NCBI RefSeq assembly: GCF_000143415.4
Contig: NW_003314456.1
Coordinates: 1 to 56,350, forward strand
Length of the DNA stretch: 56,350 bases
Reading direction: 5' to 3'
Source of the DNA: Selaginella moellendorffii
Lineage: Eukaryota > Plantae > Lycopodiophyta
Both the position numbers and the translations under genes were made by a program. Positions 1 through 11,086 of this stretch are shown here, piece after piece. Every line of letters starts with the position of its first letter. Positions within the stretch are counted from its first letter, which is position 1. A model generated the notes under the pieces. The model ran no database searches and was not told where the DNA came from. It worked only from the letters and a program-made list of their open reading frames with translations.

Positions 1-489
1 TGTGCAGTGTAGGGTTTAGGGTTTAGGGTAGGGTAGGGTTTGCCACGTGGCATACATTTTGAGCAATTTATATGCCATGAGCTATACCTTTTAGAAGGTG
101 GCATTCAGACGGATGGTTTGGATGAGGTGGCATGCCACGTGGCATACTTTTATGTACTTATAGCATGCCACGTGGCAAACCCTTGGAGAGGTGGCATCTT
201 GGAGGTTGCATGCCACGTGGTAAACCCTTGGAGAGTTGGTACCTATGGATGCCACATGGCAAACCCTTGGAGAGGTGGCATCTTGGAGGTTGCATGCCAC
301 GTGACAAACCCTTGGAGAGGTGGTACCTATGGATGCCACGTGGCAAACCCTTGGAAAGGTGCATCTTGGAGGTTGCATGCCACGTGACAAACCCTTGGAG
401 AGGTGGTACCTATGGATGCCACGTGGCAAACCCTTGGAAAGGTGGCATCTTGGAGGTTGCATGCCACGTGACAAACCCTTGGAGAGGTG
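1..489 (-). repeat. rDNA IGS (next unit): telomere-like tract plus 84-bp G-box subrepeats
   Basis: Near-identical to 20992-21480, the IGS directly upstream of the rDNA promoter. The 84-bp unit has 45+39 bp halves, each starting TGCCACGTG(G/A)CAAACCCTTGG. Confidence 0.9.
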
Positions 490-716
490 TGTGAGACACA
501 AAATCCCTAGGCCCCAAAGTGGAGCCGGAAGGGCGCCACATGGTAGTGGCCGAAGCGAGAGCCAAACGAGCGTAACACGTTTGGACGAAAAGCTCCGACT
601 TGAAAAGTCAAGAGCGGGAGTGGAACTCCCAACGAAGTGCTCGAGGAACGAGCACGAAGCGAGCAAAAGGCGAGGCTCCAAAAAGGGACCCAAAAGGACC
701 AACGCATGACACGTGG

Positions 717-1285
717 GAGTGTCCGAGATGGAGTCCGAGGTGGACCCGAGATGGACCCGAGTTGGAGTCCAAAGTGGAGTCCGAGATGGACCCGAGTTGG
801 AGTCCGAAGTGGAGTCCGAGGTGGACCCGAGATGGACCCGAGTTGGAGTCCGAAGTGGAGTCCGAGGTGGACCCGAGATGGACCCGAGTTGGAGTCCGAA
901 GTGGAGTCCGAGATGGAGTCCGAGATGGAGTCCGAGGTGGACCCGAGTTGGAGTCCGAAGTGGAGTCCGAGATGGACCCGAGATGGAGTCCGAGATGGAG
1001 TCCGAGATGGAGTCCGAGGTGGACCCGAGATGGACCCGAAATGGAGTCCGAGATGGAGTCCGAGATGGACCTGAGATGGAGTCCGAGATGGAGTCCGAGA
1101 TGGAGTCCGAGATGGAGTCCGAAGTCGAGACCGAGACCGGGACCGAGACCGGGACCGAGACCGAGACCGAGATCGGGACCGAGACCGAGACCGAGGCCGA
1201 GGCCGAGACCGAGCCCGAGCCCGAGTCCGAGTCCGAATCCGAGTCCGAGTCCGAGTCCGAGTCCGAGTCCGAGTCCGAGTCCGGA
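717..1285 (+). repeat. LTR-A U3 minisatellite (12/11-mers GAGATGGAGTCC / GAGATGGACCC, then GAGACC/GAGTCC hexamers)
   Basis: Read directly. Present with variable copy number in every A LTR, immediately upstream of the Pol I promoter-like block. Confidence 0.92.
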
Positions 1286-1293
1286 GCCTGAGA

Positions 1294-1362
1294 GGGTGAA
1301 AGCCCAAAGCGTTCGTCTCCCAGACCCTGGGGGGTTTGGTGAGCCCCAAAAGTATAGTAGGG
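1294..1362 (+). promoter_or_regulatory. Pol I core promoter-like block in LTR A
   Basis: GGGTGAAAGCCCAAAGCG..GTCTCCCAG..CCAAAAGTATAGTAGGG matches the rDNA promoter at 20544-20612(-) with the same 69-bp span. Confidence 0.82.
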
Positions 1363-2251
1363 GGAGGACTGCAGTGGAGCCAGTTTGGCCAGGAAAGGCC
1401 AGTTTGGCCCAGGAAGGCCGGACCCAGTGTTGGGTGATGAGCTGCCCACTGGGAAGTCCAAGACTAGAGTGAACACAGACCGACAAGCGGGGTAGCTTGG
1501 TGAAGTGTTCAAGAGCCGGCTCTAGTTCCCCCGGGAGATCGACTGGCCGATGCTCCCAATCCAAGTGTGGGTGGCACTACCTACTTGGATACCTGGTGTG
1601 GCTCAATGGAACCCGCTCTAAGCCCATGGCTAGAGCACCCAAGGGCAGAAGGCGAGGAGAGTACCTAGGTGGCTCGCGTAAGGCCACGGTGTTCCGAAAT
1701 GTTGTCCCAAAGGCCCAGACTGTGGAAAGGAAGAGGAGCAGTCCTCTGGGGTAGTGACCAAGGACACAGTCGTGTGGTGAGGAAGTCCCAGAGGACCGTG
1801 GGACTTAGTGGTCGGGCCTGTGGGTCTCGGTCCAGTGGCAGTGTTGGCAAACACGGCCAGGGGCAGAAAGGGACTTAGTGGGGACTGACAGAGGGATATT
1901 GGGGAAGGCTATTCCCCTTGTCGGTGGGCATCCTAAGGATGCTAAGGAGTGGATCTGAGATGACCACTCACGGATGGTTTGCCTAGTCTTGGGGAGCCAA
2001 GACTGTGATGCAAGTGGTATTGGACTACCAGTGTGGCAAAGGTGATTGGGCATGGCCTTACCGTAATGGGCTGCTATGTCGGTGGTACCTTTGAGTGTCG
2101 GTCATGGGATCGGACACATGGAGCACTTGGACCAAGTGCAAATGTTGAGTGGCATGGATGCCATTCTCGGGGCTAGCAAGTCCCAAGTCCTGGATTGGAC
2201 TTATGGAGGTTGTGAATGAGACTCCTCCAAGTGGTCGGAGGTGTGGTTAAG

Positions 2252-3396
2252 TGTAGCGCACGTGGTTTTTACCCTTTATCCTATGGTGATTTACCATAGG
2301 ATAACACCACGAAGCGGAACCTAAACCCTCTTTGTGCCACGTGACAGTTGCCACGTGTCACATACCACGTGTCCGTGCCACGTGTCCATAGGAACCCGAG
2401 GTTCAGGGCCTTGGGCCACTGAACGAAGGAACGGTGCCAAACTCCCAAGCGTGACGCCAAGGAGTGATGGAACCGGACCACGGAGCAACTCCCGAGCATA
2501 CAGCCCAAGGAGCAAAGGGACAGGAGCCCGGAGCGACTTGGAACAGTCCTGGAGCAACCAGCATCCCAATGCCAGGACCAGCACGCAAAACGGAGCCAAA
2601 CGGAGTCTAGCGCTATTTCGGCATACCGGTGGCCTAACGCGAGGATATGGGTACTCCACCAACTAGCATGGAATGGAACTTGGGCTTAGACCCAAGCCGG
2701 ACGCAGAACAAGGACAGGCACGCAAGCGGGAGCTAGACTATGCCTCAGGTTGGTCGGCCATGCCCGACCTACCCACTATCCCTACTATACATTTGGAACC
2801 CCCCACAGCCCCCCCCCCTTGAGGAACACACGCTTTGGGCTTTCACCCCAAGCCTCCCTTAGTATCAGGAGTTAGTCTCTGGGACAAGCTTGAAACTTAC
2901 TAAATATGGAATGTCCTTAGAATGTGAATTTGGACACGGGACGAACACCATTGTGTTCAGGCCGATCTCTACATTCCGTAGATATGCCAAATGAGCAAAT
3001 CTAGACACTTTCCATAAATAGTATTTGGGACCGAAATGAGACTAACACAAAGGGCATGATAGCGAGGGTGTTTGGCAGACACGGTAAGCTATCATGTAGC
3101 GATATTGAGGGACCAATCTCAATACGCGAGGGTTCTTGTCAAGCCAGTGCAAGACAGAGCAAAAGAGAACTAAAAAGCCAGGCCGAGTATGCTCAGCTAG
3201 AAACACATAGGAGTTCCTACCTTATGTCCATCTGGCTAAGTACAGGTGCTAAGCCCAGTAAACTAACACTTGAACAAGAGGGGCTAATAAAGGGAACCAG
3301 CAATACCGACCTCCTGCCATCGTGGCAGTAAGGTAAGAGTGTCCGTAAGGACTAGCCGACAGGTAACTTTCGATACCCGAAGTCACATGCGCGACA
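2252..3396 (-). repeat. Element B 3' LTR
   Basis: Direct repeat of 8401-9545, adjacent to the PPT. Confidence 0.95.
2780..2848 (-). promoter_or_regulatory. Pol I core promoter copy in B 3' LTR
   Basis: ccctactatacatttggaaccccccacagccc..acacacgctttgggctttcaccc is nearly identical to 20544-20612. Confidence 0.88.
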
Positions 3397-3409
3397 CTCT
3401 CCCCCCCTT
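3397..3409 (-). other. Polypurine tract of element B
   Basis: Minus strand reads AAGGGGGGGAGAG immediately before the 3' LTR TG. Confidence 0.88.
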
Positions 3410-6400
3410 GGGAAGATCGACGTCCTCGTCGATGCATACTCCAGTCTAGAATACCGCCAAGGAAACAACTCCATAAAAAGTTCACGGTACTCACACTATG
3501 TGAGAAATGCACCAACTTAAATGAGTTAGGGGGAACCTCTTTGTCTAACGCGGATGCGCTACCAGCTCAGACACCTTCCGGCCGTCGCCGACAAGGAAAT
3601 GACCAACAGAATCAGCCACCCTTGCTGCTCTGGGTGTCACCCAGCTACAAAAGTGTGATATGCCCTGCCCGCAGAGACATAGAGAGAGAAGCCAGAGGCC
3701 CCAACCCTCCTGAGCAAAGAAACCAAACCCGTCGGTAAGGTTTAGATAGACTACTGTCAACAGGCAGTTTAGAGTTGTTTACACGGTCACGCCCTTTCAC
3801 GGAACAAGGAACATCGACAGAGAGGCGGGTTATGTGACCAGTCGACAGTAGCTACCCCATGACTAGAGATTTCAACATGCACATGAAGTGCCGAAGCCAG
3901 TCTGCCTATACTGGCCCAAACTCAAAGATCAATATATATGGACATATCAAAGTCATAAACAATGATATCTTAGAGATTTAATTATCAGTGAATAAAGCTT
4001 AGATTAGAACACAAAAGTATTCCAAGTAAGTTATCATCCGATAAACGAGTATTATAGTATAAGAACCACCAAGATCACTATCAGTGGAAAACATAGAATT
4101 CACCATCTAACAAAATTCAATAGCAAGTATATCATCAAGTAAACTCAATGAGAAAACTTAACTACCGAAAATGGCTGATAGCATGCCAAACAACTCACAA
4201 AACACAACTCAAAGAACACAAAGTATCGTTGACTAACAAGCACAATGCTCGCGAATGTATCACCCGAAGGAAATAACATCCTAATCTATGAGAACTAACT
4301 TCGAGCAATAATCAACAGAACAAAATGAATGTTGCAAAGCAAACAAACGCTTGTTCATATTAACCATTACACTAGCCAATCCGAATAGATCCCAGCCAAC
4401 AACACGAAGGAACTCAAGTTGCCTAAGCAAGTGTTAGCAACATCTACGGATGTCTCAAACCCAAGAGACCAATCCAGAGCAAACCACAAAGAATATGTGG
4501 TATTGTGAAAAGCCATAAGCCATCAAAAAGAACAACTAACCATCATGAAAGATCATCAATCATCCCATCAATAAAGAGATGCAAAATCATCGTCTAAGAA
4601 GGAATCCACCATCCCGAAGAATAGCGAATCAATCTAGATCAACGATAATCAAGCAAAACCTCTGACAAAGATAATCAATTATCCCAGATGATAGTCAATC
4701 ATCACCAATGATTGCTAGATGCAAATACTAACTTCAACATCGAAGCTAATGAGCCAAAAATGCCTTCCCCAACAACTTCTAACAAATGGAACAATGAGCA
4801 CAAAACTCAAGAACCAAAAGCTCGAAGAAGCCTATAACTAAGTCTTGCCTAATAATGATCACGAGTCTCATAGAAGCTAACTTCAATGCTAAAGAAGAAA
4901 TCATGGTGCAACCCACAATATCTTCCTCAACACATCCATAAGCCAAACTTCATAATGCCAAAGCTTAATGAAGAGCATTTCTGCATCAATCCAAAAGCTA
5001 AGCATAACGAAGCTATGTTTAACAAGTGATCATCAAACGATCCTCCATGAATCCATCTATAGCAAGACGTAACTCACTTCATAACAAGCTCAAAAAGAAT
5101 CATTAATGATCGCTATATTCCAACTCAAATCCAGCAAGGACTCAACATTCTAATATCGATCACTAACTCTTCTTCCTCTTGTAGAGTTAGCATAATCCAC
5201 GACTAAATCACTTTTCAAGGAAAAGCTAAAGCTCAATCCTCTACTAAATAATCTCGTCTAGAACACAACTAACTCAACTTGCCACTCAGTTCATTTGAAC
5301 GTCAATATAGTTGTTAACTAGCAAATGCATGAATGCTAACAACACAAAGCTAAAGCCAAATCATCAACACTATTATCATCAGGACTAATGAAACTCAATA
5401 TCAATCCTTGGAAGGATATCTCATTTCACTTGAATCTCAATATCAACAACATCAATGACAAGGCATCACTTTAATGCCATCAACATCAGGACAAAGCTAG
5501 AAGAAAGCTAGAGTGAATCACCACTCAAAACTTTCTAGCAACCAAGCTAACCACAGTCGAAGATACCTTAGTGTGTATCCAAGACCAATCCTTCAGCAAT
5601 ACTCAGTTTCAGATACATATCATCAAGGAGTGATTCACCACGTCCAAGACTCAATGAAATCCAACACTACGGACTAGACGTAACCAAATGATATCGACAG
5701 AGGTAGAGTCGACAAGCCAACATGAAAACTCATGTAAGTCTAACGACATGATCCTCCGCAACACCACCTGGTAAAGCAAGCCCATCACTGCTAAATCATC
5801 ATCGAGCAAAGCAAGTGTCAACAGTCCTTGATGAAGTCTAGAAGTAATCACTAGTCGCAAAGCAACTAACAATCACCCCTCAACTTGCCTTCACAAGACC
5901 CAAACACTAACTCATGTCATCGAGTTACATACTTGTCCAACATGAACATAATACCCCAGGTACGAGATAAAAGTTCATAAACAAGCACAAATCAAATGAC
6001 CACTCGAATCCAATTCAACCGCCATAAGCTCACTAATGCATTTAGTCAATAGCTCTGAGCATGCCTTGAAGAGGCTAGCTATGTGATCAACACTCAGTCG
6101 AAACTAAAGTGAAGACCATGAGATGGACTCATATCGGTACACAACCTCCTCATAGACAAAGCTATAGTACGGGTACCAACATCTCAACCTCAAACAACTA
6201 AGTTGGACATCACCATCTTCAGCCAAGGTGCAGGGCTACCAAGACTAAGTCAAGATCAGTGAGAGCTCACTACTCTCATAGAGTCTTAGCGAAATGCAAG
6301 GTGCAACCTGCCACCGAGCATAATGCTACAAAAGAAAGGCACAAGAGTCACCTTTCTTAGAAAAGCGCAACGGCCACTTTTCTACATCAACTCCAGACTC

Positions 6401-6429
6401 TATCCAACTCAATTGCTTTAGCCCCAAAA

Positions 6430-6660
6430 GTTAGCATCCCTTTCGGGTCGCATCATACAAACTACCTACTAAGATCTAAGCCAACCGAAGTCAACTCCAA
6501 CCCCTTCACTAGTTTGTACTGGCTTTCGAAAATGGAATGGTTTTCGAGCAAAGTGACCAACAGATTAGCCATTGGAAAAATCTAAGAAAATTTGTGGAAA
6601 ATTTCCCATCCTAGAGAAAGAATGACTCTCAGTCCAGGAATGCAAACTTTCAAGACTCAA
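6430..6660 (-). pseudogene. Possible degenerate RT / RT-RNaseH linker relic of gypsy pol
   Basis: Manual translation gives KVCIPGLRVILSLGWEI, MANLLVTLLENHSIFE, LDLSR*FV and YDATRKG. These resemble KCEFG..V.FLGH.I, IAAPLT.LLKK..F.W and PDFS.PF...DAS..G in the expected order, with stops and frameshifts. Confidence 0.4.
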
Positions 6661-8387
6661 CCAACTTCCTCCTACTAACAACTTCACATAGGTTCACCTC
6701 AACACAAGTTCTCATGACCAACAATATGCTTAAGCATCGAACATCTTTGCCCATTTAACCGATATCCAACACCGACATCCGCAAAGTGCAAAATGAGCAT
6801 CCAAGGCTTGATCACAAAGACCACATCATCGGATATCCACATTGCACTACCACTCTTCTTCAACCACCTTCAAGATCCAATGTGAAGCCAAAACACTAAC
6901 AAGAAAAATGACATGGAAAATCAAGCTCTAAGGAAAATTCCTCATCACTCGAATCAACAATGCCACTTCCACTAACACAAGTGCTAGCGATATCAATGCA
7001 TCAACCTCACACCTTCTCCATCCAATAATCTACTCCAAGTGCTAACGGATCAACAGATGAGCTATAGCAAATGAATGCTACAACCCATTCCCAACACCTT
7101 ATGGGCAAACCCTCAAGGAAACAAGGTACCAACATAAGCTTAGCATAATGGACCACAATTGAGAATCCAGTCAAAGCTACTACAATGCTACTTCGTGCAA
7201 GTAGACTAGCTTCTCCACCAACCACTTTGGGGTTGATCATCATTTATCCAAGCAACTTCGTAAACACATTGCTCATTATCACATGGATATGATATATAAT
7301 CACAATGACTTGATCATCAATTGAGTAACACAATGAGCAATGCCTATGTCATTACTTCAAACGTTTATGTGAGTATCAAATGCCAACTCGATTCGACAAA
7401 ATGCAACATAAATGCCACACTCCACCAATAGAGGTTTACGACACCCAACACCACTAACTTTTGTTCACAACACGGACAAGCTCATGCCACTCTCTATCCG
7501 ACCAATCTCAAAACTAATCCAACACCAAGCTACTCAAGGAGCAATAGCAAGGTTCCCCGGAAAAGAATTGAGCACTGCAACCCAAGTCTTCCAATAGCGA
7601 GCCTAGACAAAATGGTTTAGTGTTTCACCACTATCCATCCCATAACTCACCACTTGTAAGACCATCATTTCCAACATGCATCAAGGTAGGGACTCTTGAT
7701 TGCATAATGTGAACACAAGCAATGAGTTAACACCTCGTTGCAAATCATCTCTCCAAGAAGAGAAAATGATTTACGTATTTGATCCTCCGTCCCCGATGAC
7801 TCTCTTTTCGGTCTCATCTTTGACCAAACCTCAAGCTTGCTTTCGCACTGCCTTCAGTTCAATCCAAGAAAAGTTTATGAGAGAGCACGGCAATGATTAC
7901 TTGAACCAATAGACTATTCCCTACAGTCTTGATTGATCCAATCATAATCATGCCTAGGAAGGATCCACTAGTGCCATGCTAAACAGCTACGGACCAGCCT
8001 ATTTGCCACTCACAACAAACCCAGGGAGGTTTGCTTTTCACCCATGGTACAAGGAACAACTCACGGAACCACTAGAACAACTTATGGAACCAACAATAGG
8101 CTAACATTAATCCTGCCAACTCAAAGTGTAACCTCGAGTTGCTAATGTGCCTCACTCACGAGCCCAAGCTCAAACTCGTGCAAATGGAACATCTCCAAAC
8201 CATCCTATGAGCCCAAGCGCAAGCTCACATCATAAGGTACAACAAGGTAACCCAAAACCTATCCCAAGGAACGATTGCAAAGTCTTTGCACCCAAACGTG
8301 TACCCACTCGGATCATCGTTTTCATCTCTGCGTATGCAACGAGACTAGTTCCCCAATCTCATTGAATAGTACTCGCTGAGACTCATC

Positions 8388-8398
8388 CTCTGATACCA
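8388..8398 (-). other. Primer binding site (tRNA-iMet) of element B
   Basis: TGGTATCAGAG two bases inside the 5' LTR end; canonical plant iMet PBS. Confidence 0.92.
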
Positions 8399-8400
8399 AA

Positions 8401-9545
8401 TGTAGCGCACGTGGTTTTTACCCTTTATCCTATGGTGATTTACCATAGGATAACACCACGAAGCGGAACCTAAACCCTCTTTGTGCCACGTGACAGATGC
8501 CACGTGTCACATACCACGTGTCCGTGCCACGTGTCCATAGGAACCCGAGGTTCAGGGCCTTGGGCCACTGAACGAAGGAACGGTGCCAAACTCCCAAGCG
8601 TGACGCCAAGGAGTGATGGAACCGGACCACGGAGCAACTCCCGAGCATACAGCCCAAGGAGCGAAGGGACAGGAGCCCGGAGCGACTTGGAACAGTCCTG
8701 GAGCAACCAGCATCCCAATGCCAGGACCAGCACGCAAAACGGAGCCAAACGGAGTCTAGCGCTATTTCGGCATACCGGTGGCCTAACGCGAGGATATGGG
8801 TACTCCACCAACTAGCATGGAATGGAACTTGGGCTTAGACCCAAGCCGGACGCAGAACAAGGACAGGCACGCAAGCGGGAGCTAGACTATGCCTCAGGTT
8901 GGTCGGCCATGCCCGACCTACCCACTATCCCTACTATACATTTGGAACCCCCCACAGCCCCCCCCCCTTGAGGAACACACGCTTTGGGCTTTCACCCCAA
9001 GCCTCCCTTAGTATCAGGAGTTAGTCTCTGGGACAAGCTTGAAACTTACTAAATATGGAATGTCCTTAGAATGTGAATTTGGACACGGGACGAACACCAT
9101 TGTGTTCAGGCCGATCTCTACATTCCGTAGATATGCCAAATGAGCAAATCTAGACACTTTCCATAAATAGTATTTGGGACCGAAATGAGACTAACACAAA
9201 GGGCATGATAGCGAGGGTGTTTGGCAGACACGGTAAGCTATCATGTAGCAATATTGAGGGACCAATCTCAATACGCGAGGGTTCTTGTCAAGCCAGTGCA
9301 AGACAGAGCAAAAGAGAACTAAAAAGCCAGGCCGAGTATGCTCAGCTAGAAACACATAGGAGTTCCTACCTTATGTCCATCTGGCTAAGTACAGGTGCTA
9401 AGCCCAGTAAACTAACACTTGAACAAGAGGGGCTAATAAAGGGAACCAGCAATACCGACCTCCTGCCATCGTGGCAGTAAGGTAAGAGTGTCCGTAAGGA
9501 CTAGCCGACAGGTAACTTTCGATACCCGAAGTCACATGCGCGACA
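8401..9545 (-). repeat. Element B 5' LTR
   Basis: Direct repeat of 2252-3396, adjacent to the PBS. Confidence 0.95.
8929..8997 (-). promoter_or_regulatory. Pol I core promoter copy in B 5' LTR
   Basis: Same block as 2780-2848, oriented to transcribe toward the PBS and internal region. Confidence 0.88.
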
Positions 9546-9585
9546 TTAAGTGACTAAAGTAGAATGGAAAATTTAGTCGTTTACA

Positions 9586-10666
9586 AGGTGGTACCTATGG
9601 ATGCCACGTGGCAAACCCTTGGAAAGGTGGCATCTTGGAGGTTGCATGTCACGTGACAAACCCTTGGAGAGGTGGCACCTTTGAGGTTGCATGCCATGTG
9701 ACATGACATTGGAAGGTACCTCTTCTGCACTTGTATGCCATGTGGCATACCTCAGGCCCTGGATATGTCGGGCCCCGGACATGTCGGGCCCCAGATATGT
9801 CGGGCACCCGATATGTCCGGCCCCAGATATATCGGGCCCCGGACATGTCGGGCACCCAGACATATCCGGGCCCCGACATATCCGGCCCCGGACATGTTGG
9901 GCCCCGGATATGTCGGGCACCCGATATGTCGGGCCCCAGAGATGTCGGGCCCCAGATATATCGGGCCCCGGACATGTCCGGGCCCCGATATCTCCGGCCC
10001 CGAACATGTCGGGCACCCGATATGTCGGGCACCCAATACGTCGGGCCCCGGACATGTCCGGGCCCCGATATCTCCGGCCCCGAACATGTCGGGCACCCGA
10101 TATGTCCGGCCCCGGAAATGTCGGGCACCCGATATATCCGGCCCCAGACATATCGGGCCCCGGACATGTCGGGCACCCGATATGTCGGGCCCCGTACATG
10201 TCGGGCACCCGATATGCCGGGCCCCAGATGTGTCTGGCCCTGGATATATCCGAGTTTTATTTTGACACGTGGCATGGCCTTTGGTTTGATCTCATAGAGT
10301 TTTATGGTTTTCAATGTGTGCCACATTGACACATGGCATGCACTTTGGTTTGTGCTCAGAGTTTTATGGTTTTCAATGTGTGCCACATTGACACGTGGCA
10401 TGTGCTTTGGTGAGTTTTATGGTTTTCAATGTGTGTCACATTGACACGTGGCATGCCCTTTGGCTTGTTCTCATAGTTAGAGTTTAGCATCCTTGTATGC
10501 CATGTGAAATACATATGTTTGGACTTGCTTGCCATGCCACGTGGTGACAGTCACAACACATTCTTTGTGACTTATATCCTAGTTAATAACTAACTAATGA
10601 CACAATTTGGCAAACACACCTTACATTGACAATTGTAAGTAGTATTTAAGGACCATACACTTATAT
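9586..10666 (-). repeat. rDNA IGS continuation: 84-bp subrepeat, GATATGTCGGGCCCC-type minisatellite (9760-10250), ~60-bp subrepeats (10260-10480)
   Basis: The left part matches the IGS at ~21560-21995. Repeats read directly. Ends at the N gap 10667-11086. Confidence 0.85.
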
Positions 10667-11086
10667 NNNNNNNNNNNNNNNNNNNNNNNNNNNNNNNNNN
10701 NNNNNNNNNNNNNNNNNNNNNNNNNNNNNNNNNNNNNNNNNNNNNNNNNNNNNNNNNNNNNNNNNNNNNNNNNNNNNNNNNNNNNNNNNNNNNNNNNNNN
10801 NNNNNNNNNNNNNNNNNNNNNNNNNNNNNNNNNNNNNNNNNNNNNNNNNNNNNNNNNNNNNNNNNNNNNNNNNNNNNNNNNNNNNNNNNNNNNNNNNNNN
10901 NNNNNNNNNNNNNNNNNNNNNNNNNNNNNNNNNNNNNNNNNNNNNNNNNNNNNNNNNNNNNNNNNNNNNNNNNNNNNNNNNNNNNNNNNNNNNNNNNNNN
11001 NNNNNNNNNNNNNNNNNNNNNNNNNNNNNNNNNNNNNNNNNNNNNNNNNNNNNNNNNNNNNNNNNNNNNNNNNNNNNNNNNNNNNN

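Larger units (their letters stand above)
2252..9545 (-). mobile_element. Family B complete non-autonomous Ty3/gypsy-like LTR retroelement (LARD-like, 7.3 kb)
   Basis: 1145-bp LTRs at 2252-3396 and 8401-9545 with TG..CA ends and ~3 differences seen. TSD TTAAG at 2247-2251 and 9546-9550. PBS TGGTATCAGAG at 8388-8398(-), PPT at 3397-3409(-). No long ORF. Confidence 0.95.
490..9585 (+). mobile_element. Family A solo LTR (490-2251 plus 9551-9585), interrupted by element B
   Basis: Starts TGTGAGACAC and ends TTTACA. 5-bp TSD AGGTG at 485-489 and 9586-9590 inside the IGS subrepeat. Homologous to the A LTRs at 27862, 34030 and 47033. Confidence 0.93.

Noticed and set aside
130-489. CRISPR-like appearance of regular palindromic repeats
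   Set aside because: Eukaryotic rDNA; the intervening sequences are repeated rather than unique spacers, and there are no cas genes.
1353-1362. TATAGTAGGG as an ordinary Pol II TATA box
   Set aside because: It is not TATAWAW, and it comes with the upstream boxes at the same spacing as the rDNA promoter. The Pol I reading is preferred but unproven.
91-1564. Long overlapping ORFs (SD/RS/LG/PR-rich) here and in every A LTR
   Set aside because: They arise from stop-free 6/11/12-bp repeats open in several frames on both strands; not proteins.
9573-10401. ORFs over IGS minisatellites (also 40-494 and 21031-22610)
   Set aside because: Translations of rDNA spacer subrepeats.
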